Assembly (NCBI GenBank): GCA_965223415.1
Contig: OZ245002.1
Coordinates: forward strand, 2,092,388 to 2,156,387
Origin: Myxococcota bacterium
GTDB taxonomy: Bacteria; Myxococcota_A; UBA9160; UBA6930
Length of the DNA stretch: 64,000 nt
Direction: 5' to 3'
The notes below the pieces were generated by a model. The model did no database searches, was not told where the DNA came from, and worked only from the letters and a program-made list of their open reading frames with translations. Positions within the stretch are counted from its first letter, which is position 1, and each line of letters begins with the position of its first letter. The translations under genes and the position numbers were made by a program. Of the stretch, positions 37,326 through 46,377 are shown piece after piece.

Positions 37326-38101
37326 GGGCCTTGTTCACGGCGGCGACCGGCATGGACGCCCAGCAGCTCCGCATCGACACGATCGCCAACAACCTGGCGA
37401 ACGTCTCGACAACCGGCTTCAAGAAGACCCGGGCCGAGTTCCAGGATCTCTTCTACGAGACCCTGGCTGCGCCCGGCGCTCAGACGGCCGACGGAACGAC
37501 GCTTCCGACCGGAGCCCAGGTGGGCCACGGCGTGAAGCTCGGCGGCATGAACCGGGTCTTCACCCAGGGCACGCGCAGCAACACGGGCAGGGACTTCGAC
37601 CTCGCCATCGACGGCGACGGCTTCTTCCAGATCGCGGACACCGGCGGTGAGATCCTCTACACCCGCGACGGTTCCTTCCACCTGGACCAGGACGGCAACC
37701 TGGTGAACGACCAGGGCAACCTGCTCGACCCGAACATCCAGGTGCCGATCGACGCGATCCAGGTGACCGTGCTCCAGGACGGCACCGTGTCGGCCCTGAT
37801 CGCCGGCCAGACCGCGCCCCAGACCCTGGGGCAGCTGGAGATCGCGCGCTTCGCGAACCCGTCGGGCCTGCGCGCCTTGGGCGGCAACCTCTTCGTCCCC
37901 AGCGAGGCGTCCGGTGACGCGGAGACCGGCACACCGGGCGACACCGGCTACGGGACCCTTGCTCAGGGCTTCCTCGAGTCCTCGAACGTCAACATGGCCG
38001 AAGAGCTGGTGAAGATGATCCTGGCCCAACGGGCCTTCGAGGTGAACAGCCGGGTGATCCGGGCCGGGGACGAGATGCTCCAGGCGGCGGCGAACCTGTG
38101 A
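37322..38101 (+). CDS. flgG: flagellar distal rod protein FlgG
   Basis: 259 aa with MRALFTAATGM, IANNLANVSTTGFK and a C-terminal LESSNVNMAEELVKMILAQRAFE. Confidence 0.9.
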   Translation: MRALFTAATGMDAQQLRIDTIANNLANVSTTGFKKTRAEFQDLFYETLAAPGAQTADGTTLPTGAQVGHGVKLGGMNRVFTQGTRSNTGRDFDLAIDGDGFFQIADTGGEILYTRDGSFHLDQDGNLVNDQGNLLDPNIQVPIDAIQVTVLQDGTVSALIAGQTAPQTLGQLEIARFANPSGLRALGGNLFVPSEASGDAETGTPGDTGYGTLAQGFLESSNVNMAEELVKMILAQRAFEVNSRVIRAGDEMLQAAANL

Positions 38102-38802
38102 TGCGCCGTCTACCGCTGGCTCTGGGCCTGGTGCTGGTCCTCCTGCAGGTGGCCCACGCGACGCCCTCGGCCTCGCCCTTCGGGCTGCGGGAGGCGATCG
38201 TCGCCTATCTGGAGGACCGCTCGCCGCTTCCGCCACGTAGCATCGAGGTGCCGCCGCTCGCGGACTTTGCCCTGGCCGGAATCGCCCCGAAGGACGTGCG
38301 CGTCGACGTGCGCGCCCATCCGAGGGCGCCCCGGATCGGGCGGGTGCCGGTGACGGTCACCCTGGCCGTCGGCGGGAAGATCCTGCGGCGCGGCGTGGTC
38401 AACGCCCGGGTGAACGCGGACGTGCCGGTCGTGGTCGCTGCAGGCCCCGTGCAGCGGGGAGACACGATCGAGGCCGCCGACCTGAAGATCGAGGAGCGCG
38501 ACGTCTCCGAGCTTCGCACCGGCTGGATCGACGATCCTGCGCAGCTGATCGGCCGCCGCGCCCGGCGCACGGTGGCGCCGGGGGCGCTCTGGCTGCGGGG
38601 CTGGGCCGAGATCCCGCCGCTGGTCAAGCGCGGAGAGCTGGTGCGACTGCGCCTGCGCCACGGTCCCCTGGCCATCGAGGGCAAGGGCGTCGTGCGCAAG
38701 GACGGCCATGCCGGCGAGTGGGTCCGGGTCGTGAACGCCGATTCCAAGCGCGAGCTGCTCGGCCGCGTCGAGCCCGACGGAGCCATCCATGTCGAGTTCT
38801 AG
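38098..38802 (+). CDS. flgA: flagellar P-ring assembly chaperone FlgA
   Basis: Signal peptide plus a SAF-domain C-terminal half (VVAAGPVQRGDTIEAADL, VRVVNADSKRELLGRV). Confidence 0.8.
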   Translation: MMRRLPLALGLVLVLLQVAHATPSASPFGLREAIVAYLEDRSPLPPRSIEVPPLADFALAGIAPKDVRVDVRAHPRAPRIGRVPVTVTLAVGGKILRRGVVNARVNADVPVVVAAGPVQRGDTIEAADLKIEERDVSELRTGWIDDPAQLIGRRARRTVAPGALWLRGWAEIPPLVKRGELVRLRLRHGPLAIEGKGVVRKDGHAGEWVRVVNADSKRELLGRVEPDGAIHVEF

Positions 38803-39544
38803 GCACCGAGGCTGGCTGTTGGCAGCGCTCCTCCTGGCGCTCGCCCAGACCGGCTGCATCGAGAGCTCGCTTCGCGAAATCGCCACGCCGCGCCGCTACC
38901 CGGCGCCGCCCCAGACCCCGACGGCCCCGCCCACCGAGGGCGCGATCTGGAGCGGCGGCACCGCTGGTGGCTCCTTCCTCTACTTCGACCGCAAGGCGCG
39001 GGGCGTCGGCGACCTGGTGACCGTGCTGGTGGCCGAAAGCCCGCGCGCCACCGGCAGCGCCAACACCCAGCTCGACCACACGACCACCTACGACGCCACG
39101 CTTACCTCGGACATCGGCTTCACGACCCTGCTCCAGGAAGGAGCCGCGCAGCTCTTCAACCTGGTCGGTGTGGACGGAGGAGGGACGGCGGCACCCGGGG
39201 AGGCCGTGAACGTCATCAGCGGCACCGGCGGCAGCCAGTTCGACGGGGACGGCCAGACCGCACGGAGCGGACAGTTCACCGCCATCGTCACCTGTCGAGT
39301 GGTCGACGTCCTGCCCGGCGGGATCTTCCACGTCTTCGGGCAGCGCCAGATCGTCGTGAACCACGATCTCCAGTGGATCACGGTCGAAGGGCTGGTCCGC
39401 CGGGAAGACATCAGCATCGACAACACCGTGCGTTCCTCGGTACTGGCGGACGCCAAGCTCACCTACGACGGCATCGGCGTGATCGACGACAAGCAGCGGC
39501 CGCCGCTGGTCTCGAGGCTCATCAACTGGGTGTATCCTTTCTGA
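38789..39544 (+). CDS. flgH: flagellar L-ring lipoprotein FlgH
   Basis: Lipobox LAQTGC with FlgH motifs (ARGVGDLVTVLV, ITVEGLVRREDI). Confidence 0.9.
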   Translation: MSSSRHRGWLLAALLLALAQTGCIESSLREIATPRRYPAPPQTPTAPPTEGAIWSGGTAGGSFLYFDRKARGVGDLVTVLVAESPRATGSANTQLDHTTTYDATLTSDIGFTTLLQEGAAQLFNLVGVDGGGTAAPGEAVNVISGTGGSQFDGDGQTARSGQFTAIVTCRVVDVLPGGIFHVFGQRQIVVNHDLQWITVEGLVRREDISIDNTVRSSVLADAKLTYDGIGVIDDKQRPPLVSRLINWVYPF

Positions 39545-40638
39545 TGCTGCGCTCCTTCGCCGTTCTCGCGCTCTCGGTCTTGCTCGCCGGGCCCAGCGTG
39601 GCCGTGCGCCTGAAGGACATCGCTTCGATCCAGGGTGTCCGTGCGAACCAGCTGACGGGCTACGGCCTCGTCGTGGGCCTGAAGGGCACCGGCGACAAGA
39701 GCGGTACCGAGTTCACCGTGCGTTCCCTGGCCAGCGTGCTGGCGCGCATGGGCATCGGGGTCGACGCGGACCAGATCCAGGTGAAGAACGTGGCGGCGGT
39801 GGTGGTGACCGCTGCGCTGCCGCCCTTCGCCCGGGCCGGCTCGCGCATCGACTCGACGGTCTCGTCCCTCGGTGACGCCACCAGCCTCGAAGGCGGCACC
39901 CTCGTGATGACGCCGCTCTTCGGCGCCGACGGCCAGGTGTACGCGATCGCTCAGGGCGCCGTCTCGGTCGGGGGCTTCTCGGCCGGCGGAGGCGGGGGCT
40001 CCTCCGTCGCGAAGAACCACACGACGGTGGGGCGCCTGGCCGGCGGCGCCACCGTGGAGCGGGAGCTCGCCTACGAGATCGACCGCAAGGACGCCTTCGA
40101 CGTGGCGCTGGCGGAGGTCGACTTCACCACGGCCCGTCGCATCGCGCGGGTGATCAACCGGGAGCTGGGCGAGGACGTGGCGATCGCCCCGGATCCGGGG
40201 ACCATCCGCGTCCGCGTCCCGACCCACTACCGCTCCGATGTGGTCGGCTTCCTGGCCGCCGTCGAGGCGATCGAGATCGAGCCGGATCGCGCTGCGAGGG
40301 TGGTACTGAACGAGCGCACCGGCACGGTGGTGATGGGCCAGAACGTCACGATCTCGACGGTCGCCATTTCCCACGGGTCCCTGTCGGTCACGATCCGTAT
40401 CGACAACGACGTCTCGCAGCCGCTCCCCTTCTCGGAGGGGGTGACGACGCCGGTGACGAACGACGAGATCACCGCCGTCGAGGAGGAGGCGACGCTCACG
40501 GTGGTGCAGGGACCTGTGACCATCGACGAGCTGGTACGCGGGCTGAACGCCATGGGTGTGACGCCCCGCGACCTCATCTCGATCCTCCAGGCTATCAAGG
40601 CCGCCGGCGCGCTTTCCGCCGAGATCGAGGTGATGTGA
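39544..40638 (+). CDS. flgI: flagellar P-ring protein FlgI
   Basis: Signal peptide followed by RLKDIASIQGVRANQLTGYGLVVGLKGTGD, a canonical FlgI N-terminus. Confidence 0.9.
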   Translation: MLRSFAVLALSVLLAGPSVAVRLKDIASIQGVRANQLTGYGLVVGLKGTGDKSGTEFTVRSLASVLARMGIGVDADQIQVKNVAAVVVTAALPPFARAGSRIDSTVSSLGDATSLEGGTLVMTPLFGADGQVYAIAQGAVSVGGFSAGGGGGSSVAKNHTTVGRLAGGATVERELAYEIDRKDAFDVALAEVDFTTARRIARVINRELGEDVAIAPDPGTIRVRVPTHYRSDVVGFLAAVEAIEIEPDRAARVVLNERTGTVVMGQNVTISTVAISHGSLSVTIRIDNDVSQPLPFSEGVTTPVTNDEITAVEEEATLTVVQGPVTIDELVRGLNAMGVTPRDLISILQAIKAAGALSAEIEVM

Positions 40639-40919
40639 TGGATCCGGCGGGTCTCGAGGCGCTGCGCGCCCTCGGCGGGCAGGTCGAGCGGGGTGGTGCG
40701 GAAGCGCGGCGACAGGTGGCGCGGGAGTTCGAAGCGCTGCTGGTCGGTGAGATGATGAAGCAGGCGACGCGCCCGACCCTGGGCGACACGCCGCTCTCCG
40801 GCGGCTCCGCCGCGCGCATGTGGCAGGAGATGTTCCTCGACCAGGTCGTTCGCAGCGGCGCCGGCCGCTTCGGCCTGGCCGAGGCCGTCGAGCGGGAGCT
40901 CGAAGGGGCGAAGAAGTGA
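40635..40919 (+). CDS. rod-binding protein (FlgJ N-terminal domain only)
   Basis: 94 aa with the FEALLVGEMMK rod-binding motif. No glucosaminidase or peptidase domain follows. Confidence 0.75.
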   Translation: MMDPAGLEALRALGGQVERGGAEARRQVAREFEALLVGEMMKQATRPTLGDTPLSGGSAARMWQEMFLDQVVRSGAGRFGLAEAVERELEGAKK

Positions 40920-41416
40920 CGACCGAGCGGCTCACCGCACTCACTTCCGTGCTCGACGCCGAGGAAACGCTCTATGTCGAGCTCAGGGATCTGCTCCAGC
41001 GCGAGCACGGGTTGATGGTCACCCTCGACGCCGAAGGCCTCGAGGAGGTGGCGCGGCGCAAGGAAGAGCTGGCGGACGAAGGCCGACTGGTCGAAGAGAC
41101 GAGGATGTTCCTCTGTCACGAGCTGGCTGCCGCACTCGGCATGGCCGACGCCCGCCCCCGCCTCTCCGGCATCTGCGAGCGCCTCGGCCCGGAAGGCCGG
41201 GCGCTGCGCGAGGCCCACACCCGACTGGTGGTGCTGGTCAGTGTGGTCCGCGAGCTGATGGACGCCAACAACGCGCTGGCGGGCGACGCGCTCTCCCAGG
41301 TGCGCGGAACGCTCCGCATGCTGGGCGGGCTCGTCCCCGGTGAGATCACCTACGAGGGCTCCGGGCCGGTACACGCCGGGCTCGGGGTCGGCCAGCTCGT
41401 GCGAAGGACCGCCTAG
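40916..41416 (+). CDS. FlgN-like export chaperone
   Basis: GTGA-coupled, 166 aa, helical, with an N-terminal L..L...L..E..LY..L..LL..E pattern. Sits immediately upstream of flgK as in many clusters. Confidence 0.55.
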   Translation: MTTERLTALTSVLDAEETLYVELRDLLQREHGLMVTLDAEGLEEVARRKEELADEGRLVEETRMFLCHELAAALGMADARPRLSGICERLGPEGRALREAHTRLVVLVSVVRELMDANNALAGDALSQVRGTLRMLGGLVPGEITYEGSGPVHAGLGVGQLVRRTA

Positions 41417-41424
41417 GAGCCATC

Positions 41425-42873
41425 ATGACCGGAATCTTCGGCGCCCTCGACATCGCCCGGAAGGGCCTCATCGTCACCCAGGCGGGTGTTCGCGTGGCCG
41501 GTCACAACATCGCCAACGCGAACACGCCGGGCTTCACCCAGCAGCGCGGGCTCCAGGCCGCCGATGCACCCATCCGCACCTCCGTCGGCCTCCAGGGCAC
41601 GGGCGTGCGCTCCTTCGGTGTCGAGCGCATCACCGATCCCTTCGTGCAGGCCCAGCTGATTCGCCAGCAGGGCGCGACGGCCTCGGCCCAGGCCCAGTCC
41701 GGCGTGCTCTCCCTGGTGGAGGAGATCCTGAACGAGCAGGACACCGGCGGCATCACCGCCGCCCTTGGCCAGTTCTACGACGCCCTCGACGATCTGGCGA
41801 CCAGCGCCACGCCCGGTGCGCCGGCCGAGCGGTCGGCCCTCGTGGCTTCGGCCCAGGCGGTGGTGGACACGCTCCACGTCACCGACGGACGCATCCGCGA
41901 CGTGATGGCCTCCACCAACGACGCCATCGAGGGGGTCATCCCGCGGGTGAACGACATCCTGAGCCACATCAACACCCTGAACGGGGAGATCAACCGCATC
42001 GAGGTCGACGCCTCGAGCCAGGCCAACGACCTCCGCGACCAGCGCGATGCGCTGCTCCGCGAGCTCGCGGGCGTCATGGACATCACCCACTACGAGAACG
42101 ACGACGGCGCCGTCGTCGTGGGCCTCACCAGCGGTGCCGCCCTCGTCGAGGGCGGGCGTGCCCGCTCTCTTGGCCTGGCCGTGGACCCCGCCAACCCGTT
42201 CAACACCGGCTACTTCCGGATCGATCTCATCGACCAGTCGGCGGTGCGGGACATCACGGCGGAGATCGGTGCCGGCGAGCTGGGTGGCCTGCTCCGCTCC
42301 CGCGACACCATCCTGCCCGCCGCCGTGCGCTCCCTCGATACCGTCGCCTACAACCTGGTGGCGAGCGTGAACACGGTGCATGGAGCCGGCCAAGGCCTGA
42401 CCGGCGTCACCGGCGACTTCTTCACTGCGCTGCCGGTGGTGGAGGATGCTGCCCGCGACGTCGGCATCGCGGCGAACATCCTCGCCAACCCGGACGACAT
42501 CGCGGCAGGCCTGACGTCCGCCGCCGGCGACAACCAGAACGCCCTGGCCCTGGCCGCGCTCCGCGACCAGAAGGCGCCTCTCTTCCTGCCCGGTGACCCG
42601 CCCGGCCCCGCCAGCGGCCCGACCCGGAGCGTCACCGAGCACGCCGTGGCGGTGGCGGTCGACGTCGGCCAGCAGGCCCAGAGCATGGCGTCCTCGCTGA
42701 CCCAGCAGGAGAAGATCATCGAGAGCCTCGAGAACCGGCGCGAGGAGGTCTCCGGCGTCTCGATCGACGAGCAGGTGACCGACCTGATCAAGCTCCAGGC
42801 CGCGTTCCAGGCGAACTCACGGGTGATCGGCGTGGTCGAGAGGCTGCTCGACGACCTGGTCAACATCCTCTAG
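41425..42873 (+). CDS. flgK: flagellar hook-associated protein 1 FlgK
   Basis: 482 aa with the N-terminal AGHNIANANTPGFT motif and a C-terminal VSIDEQVTDLIKLQAAFQAN. Confidence 0.9.
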   Translation: MTGIFGALDIARKGLIVTQAGVRVAGHNIANANTPGFTQQRGLQAADAPIRTSVGLQGTGVRSFGVERITDPFVQAQLIRQQGATASAQAQSGVLSLVEEILNEQDTGGITAALGQFYDALDDLATSATPGAPAERSALVASAQAVVDTLHVTDGRIRDVMASTNDAIEGVIPRVNDILSHINTLNGEINRIEVDASSQANDLRDQRDALLRELAGVMDITHYENDDGAVVVGLTSGAALVEGGRARSLGLAVDPANPFNTGYFRIDLIDQSAVRDITAEIGAGELGGLLRSRDTILPAAVRSLDTVAYNLVASVNTVHGAGQGLTGVTGDFFTALPVVEDAARDVGIAANILANPDDIAAGLTSAAGDNQNALALAALRDQKAPLFLPGDPPGPASGPTRSVTEHAVAVAVDVGQQAQSMASSLTQQEKIIESLENRREEVSGVSIDEQVTDLIKLQAAFQANSRVIGVVERLLDDLVNIL

Positions 42874-42885
42874 CGGGAGGCGGCG

Positions 42886-43830
42886 ATGCGCGTCACCCAA
42901 TCGATGATCATCCGGTCCGCGCTCGAGGACTTGAACCGCGCGCGCCTGCGCCTGGCCCGGACCCAGGAGCAGGCCGCCAGCGGCCTGCGCATCAACCGGC
43001 CTTCGGACGATCCGGTCGGCGCCTCCGCCGCGATGCTGCTCAAGTCCGGGATCGACGCCACCCGCCAGTACCAGCGCAACATCACCCAGACGCGCACACG
43101 GCTCGCCGCCGGCGAGAATGCCATCGCCAACGCGACGGATCTCCTGATCCGCGCCAAGGAGCTGGCGATCCAGGGCGTGAACGGCACCCAGAACGCCGCG
43201 TCGCGGGCCCAGCTCGCCAAGGAGATCGAGGGCCTGCACGCGAGCCTGCTCGCCGAGGGCAACAGCCGCATCGCGGGGGGCTCGCTCTTCGGCGGCTTCG
43301 CTTCGGACACGGCGCCCTTCGTCGCGTCCGGGGCCTTCGTCGACCTGCCGCCCTCCTCGCCGACGGTCACCTTCGCTGGCGACCGCAACGAGGTGCAGGT
43401 CCAGATCGACGAGGCGGTGCGGGCGACCGCGACCCTGAACGGCCAGCGGGTCTTCATGGGCGACGCCAACGGCGACGGCCTCGTCGACGCCGGGCGCGAG
43501 GACGTCTTCCAGCTCCTGGCCGATCTCCGCGACGGGCTCATCACCGACAACGTCGCCCAGATCAACGGGGCGCTGCCGCGCCTCGACACGGCCCTGGGCC
43601 AGCTCTCGGTGGAGCGGACGCGCTTCGGCGCCGCGCTGAACCAGCTCGACACCTTCGAAGAGCGCCTCGAGGATCGCTTCGTCGACCTCACGACGCGCCT
43701 CTCCGACACCCAAGACGCCGACGCCGTCAAGGTGTTCTCCGACCTCGCCAGCCAGGAGGTGGCGCTGCAGGCCTCCCTCCAGGCCAACGCCCGCCTGATC
43801 CAGCCGACGTTGCTGGACTTCATCGCCTAA
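42886..43830 (+). CDS. flgL: flagellar hook-associated protein 3 FlgL
   Basis: 314 aa with flagellin-like N and C termini (SGLRINRPSDDPVGA; LQASLQANARLIQPTLLDF). Confidence 0.85.
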   Translation: MRVTQSMIIRSALEDLNRARLRLARTQEQAASGLRINRPSDDPVGASAAMLLKSGIDATRQYQRNITQTRTRLAAGENAIANATDLLIRAKELAIQGVNGTQNAASRAQLAKEIEGLHASLLAEGNSRIAGGSLFGGFASDTAPFVASGAFVDLPPSSPTVTFAGDRNEVQVQIDEAVRATATLNGQRVFMGDANGDGLVDAGREDVFQLLADLRDGLITDNVAQINGALPRLDTALGQLSVERTRFGAALNQLDTFEERLEDRFVDLTTRLSDTQDADAVKVFSDLASQEVALQASLQANARLIQPTLLDFIA

Positions 43831-43832
43831 CG

Positions 43833-44075
43833 GTGCTCGTCCTCACCCGCCGCGCCGGCGAGAGCGTGCGCATCGGATCGGAGATCCGGGTCACCGTGCT
43901 CAGCGCGGCCGGTGGCCAGATGCGCATCGGCATCGAGGCCCCGGGCCGTGTGGCCGTGCATCGCGAGGAGGTCTTCGACCGCATCGTAGCCGCTAACGTC
44001 GAGGCGGCGTCGGTGGCGCCGTCGGAGCTGGAGCGCTGGCTGCCGAAGACGAAGACGAGCGGGGAGGGGAAGTGA
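43833..44075 (+). CDS. csrA: carbon storage regulator CsrA (flagellar type)
   Basis: MLVLTRRAGESVRIG...GIEAPGRVAVHREEV. 80 aa with a C-terminal extension as in FliW-regulated CsrA. Confidence 0.9.
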   Translation: MLVLTRRAGESVRIGSEIRVTVLSAAGGQMRIGIEAPGRVAVHREEVFDRIVAANVEAASVAPSELERWLPKTKTSGEGK

Positions 44076-44515
44076 GCGGAGCCGAGACCGTCGCGATCGA
44101 TCACGAGCGCTTCGGGCGCGTCGAGGTGCCGGCACCGGACGTGCTGCTCTTCGACGGCCTGCCCGGCTTCGCCGACGCGCGCCGCTTCGCCCTGCTGCGC
44201 CACGATCGCGAATCCGCCTTCCTCTGGCTCGTCTCCCTCGACCGCCCGGAGCTGGCCTTCGTGGTCACCGACCCCTGCCAGTTCTTCCCGGACTACGCGC
44301 CCAGGCTGAGCAGGCCCCAGCTCGGCGCCGTCGAGGCCGAGAGCCCCGAGGTTGTCGAGCTCTACGCCATCGCGACCATCCGCGAAGGCTCGACCAGCCT
44401 GAACCTGGCGGCGCCGGTGCTCGTGCACGCCGCGGCCGGCCGCGGGGCCCAGGTGATCCTGGACCAGAGCGAGCGCGGGACGCGGGAGCCGCTGCCGGAG
44501 CCGCTGGAGAACTGA
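44072..44515 (+). CDS. fliW: flagellar assembly factor FliW
   Basis: 147 aa with LLFDGLPGF, FVVTDP and NLAAPVLV motifs. Confidence 0.9.
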   Translation: MSGAETVAIDHERFGRVEVPAPDVLLFDGLPGFADARRFALLRHDRESAFLWLVSLDRPELAFVVTDPCQFFPDYAPRLSRPQLGAVEAESPEVVELYAIATIREGSTSLNLAAPVLVHAAAGRGAQVILDQSERGTREPLPEPLEN

Positions 44516-44563
44516 GCCCCGCGCGATCGGACCTCGGAACGTCCGCGTTGATATCCTGTCGGG

Positions 44564-45064
44564 ATGGCTTCCGACCTCCTCACGGTCAGCGAGATCGCAG
44601 TCGCATTCGTCGGCTTTGCAAGCATCGTCGTGCTCTTCAGACGGTCCGGGACCGGGCGCTGGAAGCGTGAGGACGCCTACGGGTTCCGAGACATGGTCTC
44701 GTTGACACTCGGCGTGGCGGCCTGGGCCGCCCTCCCCTTCTTCGTCTCCCAGTTCACCGAGCTCCGCGAGGCCTGGCGGGTGCTGTGTGGCCTCTTCGGG
44801 TTTACCCACCTCTTCGTTACGGCACGGGGTGTGGTCGCTCGATTCCGGTCGTGGGGGAAGGGCCCGATCTGGCGCGCCGCATCGGTCAGCATCCTCAGCC
44901 ACTTTGCGATCGCGGGCGTTCTGATCCTGGCCGCTCTCGGCGTCCTGGGGTCAGCCGCCGGGATCTACGCAGGAGCCATTGCCCTTCTGCTGCTGAATGC
45001 GGGTCTCTGGTTCCTCCAGCTGGTCGCCGTACGCGAAGACCAGCTGGAGGATGCTGGCGGGTAG
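44564..45064 (+). CDS. hypothetical polytopic membrane protein (lower GC than surroundings)
   Basis: 166 aa with 4-5 TM helices. Visibly more A/T at third codon positions than the flanking flagellar genes, and adjacent to the IS630 element. Confidence 0.5.
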   Translation: MASDLLTVSEIAVAFVGFASIVVLFRRSGTGRWKREDAYGFRDMVSLTLGVAAWAALPFFVSQFTELREAWRVLCGLFGFTHLFVTARGVVARFRSWGKGPIWRAASVSILSHFAIAGVLILAALGVLGSAAGIYAGAIALLLLNAGLWFLQLVAVREDQLEDAGG

Positions 45065-45160
45065 GTCAGGTCCTCGAACTCCGAGAGTCCGGCCTTCCCG
45101 AGGCTCCGGAATCAGGGTTCCACGTTGCCAGCAAGTCCGTGGGGTTCGTGAGATAGCCTC

Positions 45161-46376
45161 TAGTGTCCTGTTTCGGAAAAAAATACGCAAAATAGTGCGA
45201 ACTCCCAACGTGCAGGGGGCATCTTACCGGCATCACGTTGGGGGGACGTATGGCGAATCGTGGCCGGCCCAAGACGCCGATTGTGCTGACGGATGCGGAG
45301 CGAGAAGAGCTCCAGACGCACGCCAGAAGGCGGAAGAGCGCGCATCAGTTGGCCTACCGCTCGCGCATTGTATTGCTCGCAGAGCAGGGGCTGACGAATG
45401 GGGAAATCGCGGAACGCGTAGGCAAGCGACGAGAGACCGTCGGGATCTGGCGCAAGCGCTTCGTCGAAAAGCGGATCGCTGGGCTCTACGACGAGCCCAA
45501 GCCGGGAGCGCCCCGGACGGTGACCGACGAGCAGGTCGATGAGGTCGTGCGCTTGACGCTAGAGGAAACGCCCACGGGAGCGACGCACTGGTCCGTTCGC
45601 CTGATGGCGAAGCGGGTAGGCCTCCCGACGACGACGGTTCATCGCATCTGGCGAGCATTCAGCCTCCAGCCGCACCGAGTCGAGCGCTTCCGGCTCTCCA
45701 ACGATCCCCATTTTGTGGACAAGGTGGTGGATATCGTCGGCCTGTACATGTCTCCGCCGGCGAACGCGGTCGTCCTCTGCGTCGACGAGAAATCGCAGAT
45801 CCAAGCGCTGGAACGGAACCAGCCTGTCTTGCCGATGCAACCGGGCCGGGCGGAGCAGCGCACACACGGATACCTACGCCATGGCACGACGACACTCTTT
45901 GCCGCACTCAACATCGCAACGGGCGAAGTGATCGGATCCCTCCATCGCCGGCACCGCACGGAGGAGTTCCTGAAGTTCCTCAGGACGATCGACGACAACG
46001 TACCCGCCGAACTCGACATCCATCTCGTGCTCGACAACTACACCACGCACAAGACGAAGCGAACTCGGAGCTGGCTCGCGCGCCACCCTCGTTTCCACGT
46101 GCACTTCACCCCGACGTACAGCTCATGGCTGAATCAGGTCGAGCGGTTCTTTGCACTCATCACCGAGCGTTGCATCCGTCGCGGCGTGCATCGCAGCACG
46201 AGGGCGCTCGAGAACGACATCCGGAGCTTCCTGAAGACGACGAACGACGATCCGAGACCCTTCGTCTGGACCAAGACCGCGGATCAGATCCTCGCGAGTG
46301 TGCGGCGCTACTGTGGTCGCGTCCTCGACGTCCACTCCGATTCTAATCGAGTGGTTTCTTCTGGAACAGGACACTA
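45161..46376 (+). mobile_element. IS630-family insertion sequence with TA target duplication in a CTAG site
   Basis: Imperfect terminal inverted repeats: gtgtcctgtttcgg... at 45163 and ...ccagaacaggacac ending at 46374. Flanked by TA/TA inside C-TA...TA-G. Contains a single DDE transposase ORF. Confidence 0.8.
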
Positions 46377-46377
46377 G
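45250..46377 (+). CDS. IS630 family transposase
   Basis: 375 aa with an N-terminal HTH ([12 protein letters not shown]) and a DDE region ([31 protein letters not shown]). The TAG stop is formed by the TA duplication plus the flanking G. Confidence 0.9.
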   Translation: MANRGRPKTPIVLTDAEREELQTHARRRKSAHQLAYRSRIVLLAEQGLTNGEIAERVGKRRETVGIWRKRFVEKRIAGLYDEPKPGAPRTVTDEQVDEVVRLTLEETPTGATHWSVRLMAKRVGLPTTTVHRIWRAFSLQPHRVERFRLSNDPHFVDKVVDIVGLYMSPPANAVVLCVDEKSQIQALERNQPVLPMQPGRAEQRTHGYLRHGTTTLFAALNIATGEVIGSLHRRHRTEEFLKFLRTIDDNVPAELDIHLVLDNYTTHKTKRTRSWLARHPRFHVHFTPTYSSWLNQVERFFALITERCIRRGVHRSTRALENDIRSFLKTTNDDPRPFVWTKTADQILASVRRYCGRVLDVHSDSNRVVSSGTGH

